A DNA stretch of 64,000 nt, taken from the NCBI GenBank assembly GCA_013239625.1, contig MU054132.1, forward strand, positions 806,001 through 870,000, in the 5' to 3' direction. The notes beneath the pieces are model-generated. The model had not been told where the DNA came from, searched no databases, and worked only from the letters and a program-made list of their open reading frames with translations. Source of the stretch: Lama guanicoe. Lineage: Eukaryota. The translations under genes were made by a program, and so were the position numbers. Positions 26,031 to 38,030 of this stretch are shown one piece after another (the first letter of the stretch is position 1; every line of letters begins with the position of its first letter).

Positions 26031-27086
26031 CCTATGAAAACCAATAAAATGCACCTATGCTATCAAAAAGAAAAACAAGAATAGCTAAAACTGAAAACAT
26101 GTGAGAACATCAAGTGTTGACAAGGATGTGGAGCAAACAACTCTCCTCCACTGTTGGTGGGAGTTATTGATACAACCACTTTTGACATTATCTTGTAAAG
26201 GTAAAAACAGGCTAAATTCCATCCCAGCAATTCCGCTCCTGGTCTTGTACCTCAGAATTGCAGACACCTGTGCACCAGAGGCTGACCCCTCTGATGGACA
26301 TATTCTTCTTTGACTTTGATAAACCTTTGGCCAGAGTACTGCTGAGTCCGGCTGGCTACCTGAGCCCTTTGGGTACTTTGCTCCCATGAACTCTGTGTAA
26401 TCTCACTGTTACACACTCAGGAGACAACAGTATTTCAAGTTTGCTGTAGAGGAGCCTCTCTCTCCTCCCCCCAGCCTCTCCTGTGCCTGTGATGAGCTCC
26501 TGGGCTGAGGGAGGAGCTGCGGCTACAGTTCTCAGCAGTGACCGTGGGTGTCCATACCTCAGCTCCCTGCTGGTACTCACCCTCTCCCTTGGGCCTAGGG
26601 GTGGGTTTGTACAGCCCCTCCTGTGTCTCAGAATCCTTTCATGTACTTTATGTCGTATCTCGTGACTGGGAAGTAAGCTCCACCAAGAGGGACTTGTGGT
26701 CCGACTTGTCCTTGCTTGCTATGTCCTGGATGCCTAGGTAGTCCTGTGAAAAGGTAGGGATTTAACAGGTGAAGAAACAGGCTCAGAGAGGCCACCTGAC
26801 CCCCAAATGAAGGGGCCTGCTGGCCCTCAATCTGGTATTTAGTGCTGCATTTTGGGGCACAAGATAACCTTTTCATTTCTATAAACTATATGAGAAACAA
26901 GAAGGAACTGTAAATCCAATGTATGTGTCACAACATCACACAGAGGAAGGGATATGAAATAAAAGACCAAGGTCTGAGTTCTAATATTGCTGCTGATGCT
27001 TTCCAGCCCTAAGGCCCACTCTGCAGGCTCTGCTGAGGGCGTGATGAGACCACAAATATGAAAGTGTGTTGTAAATAGTAAGGCAT

Positions 27087-27534
27087 CGTTGGGGGTTGAA
27101 CTGTGTCCCCCTGCAAAGATACACTGACGTCCTAACTCCTAGTACCTGTAATCTTGACTTATTTTGAGATAGGGTCTTTGCAGTTGTAATCAAGTTAAGA
27201 CGAAGTCATTGTCTTAAATCTAACGATTGTTGTCCTTCTAAGAAGGCCTTGTGAAGACACAGAGACATAGAGGAAAGACGGCCACGTGAAGGCAGAGGCA
27301 GAACCTGGAGTGATGTAACTACAAGCCAAAGAAAGCCAAGGATTACTGGCAACCACCAGAAGCCAGGACGAGGCAAGGAAGGATCTTCCCTCTAGCTGTC
27401 AGAGGGAGCATGGCCCTGCTGACACCTTTATTTCAAACTTCCAGGCTTCAAAACTGTGAGAGAATAAGGTTCTGACAGTTTTAAGCCACTCAGCTTGTGG
27501 TAATTTGTTATGGTGGCCCCAGGAAACGAACACA
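27087..27534 (+). mobile_element. MaLR LTR (MLT1C-like)
   Basis: gggttgaactgtgtcccc...atagggtctttgcag...gagggagcatggccctgctgacacc...aggaaacgaacaca. Confidence 0.85.
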
Positions 27535-29249
27535 GGGCTGGCATGTGTATAAAGGGTAGGCCTTGCAGGGCTATGGTTCAGCCCTGCATGTACACTTCTC
27601 CCAAGTGAAATGACCAGTCAGTGCTGAAAGGCTCCTCAGCAACTGATTTTCCTTCCATGCTGCCTAAGTTTCCCACATTTTCAGTAGAGATGAGGACACA
27701 GGACAGGCTATGGAGCAGGGTGGAACAAGCAGAAAGAAGGGATCTGGGGACAAATGTCTGAAAAAAAGAGCAGCAGGTGCTGAAGGGGGATGTCTCCATG
27801 CCAGGCGATCACTGTAGGGACAGGTGAGGAAGGGAACGGCAGGGCTGGAGGTCCCCAGAAAGGATGCTGGCCGGCCCCACGCAGCACAATTTCTGAGAAG
27901 CACAAGCCCAAGGCAGGAAAGGGCCAGCACAGACCTCAGTGTATCCTGTTCCACACGTCAACCCCTTCTTTGGATCAAAGACTCTTGGCAGCACCTGGTA
28001 ATTCTATTCGTTAGGCCTGCACTGTCTCCTGTTCCCCTTCCGATCTGGGTTTTCTTATCCTTCCTGCATGTGCTATAAAGGTGGGATAGAGCCAAGGGCT
28101 TTAATCTGCATTTCAGAATATTCTCATGAGAAACAAGACAAAACAAAACACAATACTAACAACCCCTTACGTCTGGATGGGATTTCGAACTTACAAAGTG
28201 CTTTCACATACAACCCTTCCTGGGCCCTCCCTGTGGAAACAGCCAGCGGCGCTCATCCATGAGAGCCAGATCCCACCCCAAATCAGTGATCACAGGAAGT
28301 CCTAAGCAGAACCAGGCCCAACCCCCTAAAGTGGGGAAGGGTTAGGTTTGGAGACCAAAATACACACAGGCCATAACCTCACATCCTCATATGCAGCCCC
28401 ATCCAATAGCAAAGAGCAGACTGGGTTCACGGCAGCAGTGGAAACACCATCTGGTCAAGAGTCCCAAGATGAAAGGAGAGGACTTCTGTTGTCAGCAAAT
28501 TGGGGACTAGGTGACTTGAATCAACCCTTCCACCAAGGACAACCAAAAGGCTGTATAAATGTCTTAAAAGCATAAAGACCTATTAAGATTCTAAAGAACT
28601 GCTAGGCTGACATCCCAGAGGACAGGGATGCAGACAGGTGAGCCCAGCATTCAGGGCCTCTTCTTCCCTGGAGGCACTTGCCCATTTGGAAGAGGTGACC
28701 AAGAGAATGCACTGCATTTCTGAAAGTCTTGCGGGGATGTGGGAAGGGGGTGTTGGAGTGCAGGGCCCACCAAAGGTGGGACACTGATAAACCATTGCCT
28801 TTTTTGGGCTGTGACCCCAGAGGATTGTGCCCTAATGGGTAAGGATGAACCAAAAGCAAACCAGCCCTTGAATTATGTGGTAAGTCTGTGGCCTGGCTTC
28901 AGAGGCCAGGAAATCACCAACCTTGAATCTGGAATAGTGTGATCCCAGAATTCAAGTGCCCCTGGACATGTGACAAGCAAACCAAAACCCTCTCTAAAGG
29001 AAGAAGCCATCTTAGGTCTGAAAATACCTCAGTAAACAATTTTTCAAATACAATGTCCAGCATAAAGTAGAAAAATAATGAGGCACCTGAGGAGACCAAT
29101 GAGGGAGAACCAACAGAAATCAGGCAACAGAAACACACTCACAGGGATTCCAGTATTGGAATTATCACAGACTGAACACAGGCAAAGTTCTAGAACCCAC
29201 GCCCCAGTAGCCAGTAATTCTGGCTATTTGAATTCTGAACTCTATCTCT

Positions 29250-29755
29250 AATCCATCCTCATTCATGCCTGCCTTGCTACAATCCCCTTTGTATCTGCCT
29301 TCACCACTGTCTCCAGCGGTATCTTCTTAGAAAACCAATCTGACCATCTCTCAGCTTTGTGTTTAACAGCATTCATGGCCCTTCCAACCTAAACTGCCCT
29401 TTCCAGCCTCATCACCTAAGACCCCACGCCACAATCTCTAGTCACACAGCACGACTTTCCTGGGAGCATTCTCCTTCTGCCTCGAATGTCCTCTTCTCCT
29501 GAATCATCCTGAAAGATGCCCTCTTATCCTTCAAAGTCCAATTTAATTCTCTCCTTTTGAAGCCTTTCTGAAGTCATAACTCCAAAGCTCACAGCTTTGC
29601 ATGGTACTTCTACTAAGTACAGACACACTGTGTTACAATTATTTGTTTGTAAGACTCAAGTACATTGTTAACTTCCTGAGGTTAAGGTCTATCTTGTTCA
29701 TCTAGAGATCCGGAACAGCACCTGGCTGAGTGAGTGCTGAACAAATATTTATGAA
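29250..29755 (+). mobile_element. L2 3' fragment
   Basis: Ends cagcacctggctgagtgagtgctgaacaaatatttatgaa. Confidence 0.55.
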
Positions 29756-29793
29756 AGAAGGTAAGAGTATTCTTAATAATAGGTGCTACAGAT

Positions 29794-30160
29794 AATTGTA
29801 GACTGAATTGCGTTCCCCCCCAAATCATGTTGAAGCTCTGATCCCTAATGTCAATGTGTTTGGAGATAGGGTAATTAAGGTTAAATGAGGTCATCAGGGT
29901 GGGGCCCTAATCCAATAGGTGCCCTTATAAAAAGAGGAAGAGGCACCAGAGAGCTCTCTCTGCATGCACTGAGAAAAGATCATGTGAGGACACAGTAAGA
30001 AGGTGGCTGTCTGCAAGCCAGAAAGAGAGGCCTTGCCAGAAACTGGCCCTGTTGGTGCCTTGAACTTGGACTTCTACCCTCCAGAACTATGAGAAAATAA
30101 ATGTCTGTTGTTTAGGCCTCCCATTCTGTGGTCTTCTGTTATGGTCCAAGCTGCCTCACA
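29794..30160 (+). mobile_element. MaLR LTR (MLT1A-like)
   Basis: gactgaattgcgttccccc...ggggccctaatccaatagg...ttggacttctaccctccagaactatgagaaaataaa. Confidence 0.85.
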
Positions 30161-30285
30161 CATAGACCATATCGGGGATTTCAAACATGTATAAATATAC
30201 ATCTTTAGTGACGGTAAGAATTTGACTCAAACTGACAAGGTAGGAAGCAGGCACAATGCCATCGGGAAATGGCTTTTTAAAAAGT

Positions 30286-30291
30286 TTTATT
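30286..30291 (-). terminator. CSPG5: CSPG5 polyadenylation signal AATAAA
   Basis: tttatt on plus strand, about 335 nt past the stop, after a U-rich 3'UTR. Confidence 0.7.
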
Positions 30292-30623
30292 TCAAGAACT
30301 TTGTTTTTTCTGGTATTTCAAAAAAAAAGGTGGGTCAAAGTACAAAAAAAGTCAGTTGAATAACAGCATGGGTTTAGAAATCACATCAGCAGAAGCAATG
30401 TCCAGACAGCACAGACAAAACAATCCAAGGTATGCAATTCTTGTTCAGGTTCTTTGCTTATTTTGTGTTTTTTCCCTCCTGTACAAAATACACCAAAGCA
30501 TGCCATGAGACCAGAAAAAGAAAGGAGTTTAACAAATGGTTACAAGAAATAGACTCTGTACAAGAGGAGATAATGCTTCTTCCCAGTCCCCCCACCCCCC
30601 ACTTCCTCTCTTCTTGCTCTGCT

Positions 30624-30785
30624 TTAGGTTAAATTATTCTGAAGACAGTTCACCTCCAAGTCGGCCTGGTCACCTTTGCCACCCTCGAGCTTGGGCGACA
30701 TGGAGTTCTGGATGTTAAATGACTCCTCCTCTTTCAGACAGGACTTGAGAGCTTCCTGGATTTTGTGGGGAGCACTAGATTCATC
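30624..30785 (-). CDS. CSPG5: CSPG5 coding exon 5 (DESSAPHKIQ...VNCLQNNLT*)
   Basis: ttctcttccag| acceptor, phase 0, TAA at 30626-30624; matches recalled human C-terminus. Confidence 0.97.
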   Translation of the reverse strand, partial: DESSAPHKIQEALKSCLKEEESFNIQNSMSPKLEGGKGDQADLEVNCLQNNLT

Positions 30786-33700
30786 CTGGAAGAGAAAATA
30801 AGGTGACGGAGGGGTGCGAAGGAGACAACAGGTACAGGCACCAAGTAATAATCCTACGCTTTTCAATCTGGGTTGAAGAAGAACTGAAAAAAGGAAGACA
30901 GCTCTGAGACTTGAATGAATCAAAGTGACTCACTAGCAGCTACTTTTTAGGTATAAAATCCTTAAAAACACTGGCCAGATATAGATGAAAACTTGACAGG
31001 TAATTGGATTACAAATACCTTTAATGTAGGCCAGTCCGAGGCTTTCTCTCTGGTAGAGGTTAGGGAGAAAACTGCCCCAGGCCCCTGTAAAGCCTCACCT
31101 GTTGGTGAGCTTGGCTTGGCCTGCCTGGCCCCTCTTCCCAGAGGTCTTGCTCAGGGAACATGACTTGTCGGTGCATTCAGTCCTGTTCAGGTGCAAAGCA
31201 GCTCCTGGCAAAGCTAGGTCCCCTCTCCCCACAGCAAATAGAGGCTATAGATGTGTGAACCTCTCTCCATCAGAAGTTTCTCTACCCAGAGATGCTAGCT
31301 TCGAAGGTGTCCCCTCCGTCTGAGCCCGGAGAAGTCCAGCTGCTGAATGGGCTGCCATCCTCTGCATTAGACAGTGTTTGTGCTGCTGCTTCACAGCCCA
31401 CCTCTGACGTGAGCCCGTGCCGTCCTGCCTTTCCTTGTGTGTTGCCGGCGGCTGTGACAAGCTCCTGAGCCTGATCTGAATTTGCTTGTTGCAGGTTTTC
31501 AGGAATCCCATACCGGCACAGTCCTCACTTTGCACTCGGAGAACTCATACAGCAGCTCCTGCCTCCCCTACTCCTTCCCTTCAGGACCACCTGAGGGGGT
31601 TTATGCAGTGCGATTTAGTGGGCCTCAATTCTTTCTCAGCTGCCCCAGATAGCTCCTGTAAGTGCTCAGAACTCTGTTGATCAAATAGGTGGGGTAGCTC
31701 CCCTGGGCAGGCTCATGGGTGGCAAGAAGGGTAACGTCCTGGTCTGACCAGTTAGCCTAGACCTTTTGTAATTTAACCACTTCCAAAATTCAAGGTACTC
31801 ACCATGCATGAGGACAAGGCATTCTTCACAAAACTGCATGAGCTGTTGTCTAGGCTGTCTGCTACTGAGTTTGACCCATAATGGCACCAGGTCAGGGGAA
31901 TGACTGGTTGGAAAGTAGGGAAAGGCTCCAGGCCTGTGTAGGACACCTGGCGTTCAAACGTACTGTGCATATAGGAATCACCGTCACCTGCTCCCTGCCT
32001 CACTTAGCACTTTTCCAGACCAGCTTGAATAGAGTGATTTAATAGAGTTTCAAAGACCTCAGGAGTGATTTACAGACAACAGTGGAACACATGTTCCCCA
32101 TTTGCAGTGAGACAAGCACAGGAGGAAATGAACCTTCAGTGCCGAGGCGGATTTCAGGCAAGGCAGCTGCACCAGCACCCACGGGGGCTGGACATTTTCT
32201 ACCACTGCTTGGAAAGGTTTAGAAAAAAATTTTTCAATGCCAGAAACATATACATGCTGAGATAGAAAGATCACCCTGATGTATTAAGTATATGTGCATG
32301 TGTGCGCACACACACATTTATGGAGAGGGAAGGAGGACAAGGCAGAACTTCTGTACTGTCTGGGAGCAGACACTGGGCGTGGAAGCATGAGAACTGGGCC
32401 ATGAGAGACCCAGGGTGGAACGGACTTGGAATCACAGGAAAACCTGGAATATGACAGGATGGCCTATATTTACCTCTCCTCTTACAAGGATGGAACTCAC
32501 TTTCATGTTTTTCAAGATAACTGACCCCTCCCTGCCCCGGCTCCCACCCTAGTGCACTCCCTGGGGCCAAGTGGATTTAGTGAGTCCCGTTGTAGATCCA
32601 GGCATCAAAGCTGTGCTGCCGTGATGGGCGGGGGGGACCCAGATTACACCTGGTCTCTTGAGGGCCTGTGGGCTTTGGACAGATGCGAAAGCTGCCTTCT
32701 GGGCCAATGGGTGGGAGAAGTATATCCTAAAAATAGGGAACACAGATATCCAGGTAACACTATCAGACAAGTTAAGTACCTCCAAGAAGAACACGTGAGG
32801 GAGCATCTAGACCAAGACGGAGCTACCCTAGCCCAGGGGCTCCCCCAGAGCCCCATCCTGTTAAGCCGAGGGCTGCTGAATCCCTCAGCGGAAGGCCCTC
32901 TGGTTTAGGGGAAGTCCCTCGTCAAGAGGGAACTGGACCTCCCTCTGGCGGAAGTCTGGGAACAATTCTGGCATTCCACCCAGCTATGTGGGCATCCGTT
33001 AGCCAGGTGTTCAGGCCTGGGTTCCTACTGGTCCAGATACAAACCTCCATGGCGGTGGGGGGGGGCACTGTCGGTGCTTTACCAAGTACAAGGAAGAAAC
33101 ATGGAAGATTGGGAAATTAGAAAGATGTAAATGGGGAGGATGGGGGTGCAAAGCACAAAGGGCCAGGAAGGTCTGTCAGATCTCTGGAGGACCAAGTTAC
33201 AGCCACGGCACTCCCCTGACAGCACAGCTGTGAAAACCAGTAGGGCCACTCTCGGTGCTTGGGCAGGTGATTTCAGCCGTGCTGTGCAGCTGGAGGACGT
33301 CCAGCTTCCTACACACTAGAAGTTCCTCCCGGAAAACTGCTAACCTCCAAAACAGAGGCTGAGGAGTCGAGGAATTTTCCTTTTCCTCCTGATGCTCCTT
33401 TCCGAGGCTGGCTCTCAGCTACAAGGATACACATGCACTGAGCCACCAGGTCACCTGCCCCGTGGCCCCTCACCAGTCCAGAGGGCCCCGGCCAGGAGCA
33501 GCACAAGGTGATGCACGCAGCAGGGGAAAGGGACGTGCCCCCAACACAGAACCCAGCCACGGACCCTGCCCCCGCCAGACCCAGAGCAGCACGCTTTCTT
33601 TTGTTTGAAATGTTTTCAGAGTATGGCTTATAGAGATTATTGGAACTCTGAAGGAAAATGACCTGCTCAGTCTACTTTACTCATATAAAAGAAATCACTC

Positions 33701-35036
33701 CTCTATTATGATACATAAAACTCTCTACAATTTTAGGAGACACCAAAATCAACAAGGAAATTTGAGGGATGAAGGGCAAGGGATGGGGAGAGACTAACGG
33801 AGCAGGCTTGACTCAAGTGTCCTCATTTCAGCTTCCAGGCCACCTGAAGGTTTCCTCACTTCTGCCTGCTGCTAGCACCACTGTGCAGGCTGAAGTAAGG
33901 GACAGGGCTTCACTGTATAATAAAGTGGTAACTGTCTTAACTATCAATGCTACCAGATCTTGACAGTGACAAAGTATGACTTCCAGGCTTGTGGTGGGAA
34001 TTAGAGGTGAACCTTGTAGAAAACCCACCTGCTGGACAGGAGTGTCCCTCCTCACACACTCAGAGCTTTGGCAGAGAGGACAGGATGCCCTTTGGGGCAT
34101 AAGCTGAGGGAAGGATGCCAGGTGGAGACGGCCCTCAAGATCCAAGAGGAGCTGGAGGACACCACTTCACTGTGGGATGCCCCGCGTGCTACCCAGACAA
34201 CCACATGGCCCTTTTCAGTCAGAGTCCACCATGCCTGACCACCCTGCTCCATTCCGTTCTTGTTTTGCCATATTCTGAACTCAAGGCTGGTGGCAGCTTT
34301 CATGGACAAATGCCTTGCTTCCACAAAGCTGGGTTGGCCAAGAAGCACAGGAAACCTTTGTATTGGCTCATGTGACCAAGGCCTCCAAGAGGAGTTACTT
34401 CTTCCTGCTGCCTTTGTGAAGAGGATGGGTAGACATGCCTAGGGAGTCAGAAACGCATGCGTTGGGAGCTTTGCTAAGGACACTTGCACTCCGTGAACAA
34501 CGAACATCTGCCTGCAGGCACCACCATACAGGTCAGACCTGCTGCCTGACACGTATAAGATGGCAGACCAGACAGTGGAGCCCACAGACCCCGTGGCAGG
34601 CTGGCCAGCGCTCCCTAGCAGTCAGTCCCTAAGTGACGACGAGATGCTGATCACTGCAAGGGGCTGGGTAAGGTAGGTATTGGTGTACCGAGTTGAGTAA
34701 GGCTCACACTACATCCTTGTGGGTTGATTAATATGATTATCAATCTTAAAGTTTATAGGAACCTTGTTTTCTTGGTTATAATGTCCATCTTGAGGCATAC
34801 CAAGTAAAATATTATCTGTTCTTTCTCTACTTTTTATATCAAAGACTTGAAAATAATTATCCTAAATTAGCCTCTCTTTCATTTCTTATTTAAATTGACC
34901 CTTTTGCTCCTCCTCCACCAGGCCAAGTTCTTCTTTTCTGGGGTTTGATGAACAAGGTCTCATGTACCATTATTCTCTCCTTCCCCTTCTGGGGCTACCC
35001 TTTCCCCATTTATGAAAAGAAAACAGTGGTTAGATT

Positions 35037-35168
35037 TGTGCTGTCCAATATGGTAGCACTAGCCACATTCCAGGAGCTCTGAAGCCTTGGTAGCTGGTGG
35101 CTGCTGTAGTGGACAGTGCAGATACACACATTTCTACCTCACAGAACGTCCCACTGCACAGCACTGGC
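35037..35168. mobile_element. MER3-like hAT-Charlie MITE remnant
   Basis: gtgctgtccaatatggtagcactagccac...gtggacagtgcag...gcacagcactg. Confidence 0.65.
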
Positions 35169-36016
35169 CTAGACTGTTAAGGCCCCTGTAAGCTCACAAA
35201 CTGTATGGTCCGTTATTTCAAAGAACTGCTTCAAAATTTCCTCTTAACTCTTGAAAAGTCTTAGTTTCACTCCTTTATCTGTGTAATGGTGCATTTACCT
35301 GCAGGTTTGAAGCCTACATCATGTGCAGAATTCTTGGGTTTGGATATGACATGATTTGGGGCTTCAATAGCTTCTGTCTTATTTCTGAAATTCTGACAGT
35401 ATCCAGTATTTGACTCGTTAGTCTGGTCCAGGTGACACACTAGGCCAGGGTCTTTAGAAAATGGTCGATTAAGACCTTTTATTGGGTTTCAACTGATATC
35501 TGTGAGCCCATCTTCCTAAGAACAGATTTACCCCTAGACTTATGGTTCCACCAGTGCCTGTGCTCACTTCAGCCCTAACCAGTGTATAGAAGCCTGCTCG
35601 GTTTTAGGGTCCTCAGTGTCAAAGACACTGTTCTTCCAGGCATCCCAGAGGTTTTTCCACTCATCCCAAAGAGCAACCACCATTTGCTTCAATGATCAGC
35701 AGGAAATTCCCTAGCAATGAAAGCAGAGCCTTTCTCCTTGATATAGAAAATAGAAAGACAAAAATCAGACTTCTAAAGCCTAGATGAAGCTAAAAATCAA
35801 GAATCATCCTAGAAACAGATCTTCAGTACTTTGTATAACTTTGCTTGTCAAGGAAGTGATACACCATCAAGCTCTTATTCTACTCTCACTGCCCCAACTG
35901 ACTGCGCTATCCCGATCCTCTGAGCCCTGAGGAGCGGCTCTACACTCTGAAGTAGACCAAAGGCGTGGGCAGGGGCTGAAGCATGCATAAGGGCAGATGT
36001 GAAGAAGACAAGTTAC

Positions 36017-36173
36017 CTGGCAGATAACGTTATCATAGTGGGCCAAGGCACAGGCATGGGGGGAGGAGGTACGGGGCGTGTCGCTAAATTTCCTTACATT
36101 TGGGTGAGAGCCCTCAGCAATGGTGGAGAGGGAGAAGTTATCGTTGTGCAGCTCAGACGGGGTCCGGAATTTG
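36017..36173 (-). CDS. CSPG5: CSPG5 coding exon 4, long form (157 nt); short form ends at 36098 (76 nt)
   Basis: caaccag| acceptor; N-KFRTPSELHNDNFSLSTIAEGSHPN|gtaagg or extended to YDNVICQ|gtaact; the two donors differ by 81 nt (27 aa). Confidence 0.96.
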
Positions 36174-36249
36174 CTGGTTGGGACAGAAAAGAGAAGGGCA
36201 AATGTAAGTGAAACGATCATTGTGAAATTTGAGACGCTCTGGGGGTCAA

Positions 36250-36587
36250 GTGCTGTGTCTCACCAAATGCCACCGACCATCATAAGATGCACCACCGTCT
36301 CATGTACCACTGAGGAAAAAACCACCACTTAAATCAAGATCCAATACTTTCTTATTACCTAGAGCTTTTATACATACTTTAAGTAGCTCATTTAGACTTT
36401 AGATAAAGAACTGACAACGATATGAACAGCTATGACCATGTTTGTGCAGTCAGACAATTACAACTGCACCATGACTGCCATCTGGCCAACAGTGACTGTA
36501 AGGTGCCTGCAATTGTCAGACACAATCCAGTTTCAGAGATGTTAATATGTGGGAAAAAAACGTGTCTTAGAATCAGGAAACTGCAGC
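36250..36587 (-). mobile_element. Kanga1/MER104-like TcMar-Tc2 DNA transposon remnant
   Basis: Minus strand tttcctgattctaagacacg...attaacatctctgaaactgg...cttacagtcactgttggccagatggcagtc. Confidence 0.65.
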
Positions 36588-38030
36588 AGTATCTGCAGTG
36601 CACTGGGTACATGTAGTGTTTTCAGAGCAGTAACCAGGCTGGGAAAGAAAGAAGGCATACAGAGGGGAACGAGGGAGCCAGCATTTGAGCTGAGCGGGTG
36701 TGGGAGCCATGCTTTGTGCAAAACACATAACCAGTTAGAGGAGGAAGGCCTAGAATGGGGCCCTGTCCCAGGCCTCAGCTCTTGCTTCTACACTCCCCTG
36801 GTAGCTGCTCCTTCCCTCCCATCCTCATCAGCAGCTGCCCTGATAGGTGGTCCCAGGTCCCATTCTCACCCTGACCCTCCCCTCACCACCCCTCTCCAAG
36901 GCCCCTTGGTGTCAGCGTGTGGAGCCAAGGGCCTTGGTTTGGGATCACATGTGCAGATACAGCTCTGCCTCAATGCACAGGCACAATGGAGAGGCCCCTG
37001 CAGCCCCACGGCGGTTTACTGAAAGGCTGCAGAGAGCTGCCGGCATCTGCACATCCCACGAGTTTACCCAGCAAAGGAGCAACAGATGGCGTTTTGTCCT
37101 TTTCCCAGGACCCAGGGCAAGTCCTTCAGTCACATTCTCTGAGGGGACTCTCGGGTCAGGGGGAGGGGATTAATGGGACAACAAGTTGAAAGGGGGGTGG
37201 GGGCAGTTCTGCATAAATTGTCTCTTGTGCCCCAAGGAAGCTGACTCCAGTCTCCTTTTGTGACTCCTATGACACTTCAGAAGGTTCTCTGCTTAGTAAT
37301 GAGAGTGATTCTCTCGCAGTGTGTAAGGTCACATTTGTGTGTTCAAGGCACTTCAAGGGTAAATGCATGTTGATTCCCACATGCAGTCACTCCTCTGCTA
37401 AGGGAAGAGCTGAAATGAGGCTCCATGTCCCCATAGGGCCCTTAAAGTCCACAGCAGAGGAAATTAGGTCTGGGCCCCTCTGCCCCCAACATCCTACTTA
37501 GGGGAGGGAAAGAGGACTTCCGTGAGTTCCTTACATCTCTGTCTGGACAAAAGGTTGACAATTTTGAAAGCAACACACTGCAGCGCTAAACCCTTTCACT
37601 GAGGAGGAGCTGGTATCGAGTGACAGCAGATCTGAGGGAGCTGGAGTCACTTCATGCTGATTTGTGAGCGAAATCCTCACACTGGCCACTGGCTGTCAAA
37701 GACCCGGGGAGCAGCTGTAGTCAGGTAGGAGCCGGGGACTGGGCACAGTAACTCACTTGGGGGCCAGAGTCGGGAGCTGCTCTACTCCAGCTGCTTTTCT
37801 TTTAAGCGCCCTCTGGCTGGGGGGTGGGGTGTGGGGCACGTTGCCGGACAGCTGAGTGTGCCACGGGGCTCAGCCTCTGCTGCAGTTCCGGCACATTCTC
37901 TGTAGGAATGGGTAAGCTTGGGGGAATCTTTGGTATGAAAAACACAACTGGGGATGGCAAGCAGGTGCCAGAAACCCTCACGACCACATCCCTGGATCAG
38001 GTGGGGTGGGGCTGGCGGACGGAGACTCAC

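Larger units (their letters stand above)
17740..26280 (+). mobile_element. Old L1 (L1ME-like) ORF2 to 3' backbone, split by many younger insertions
   Basis: Collinear decayed ORF2 motifs resume after each insert, e.g. tcaatagatgcagaaaagc near 22135 and SIGQLNIVK in ORF 22662-22892. Confidence 0.75.
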
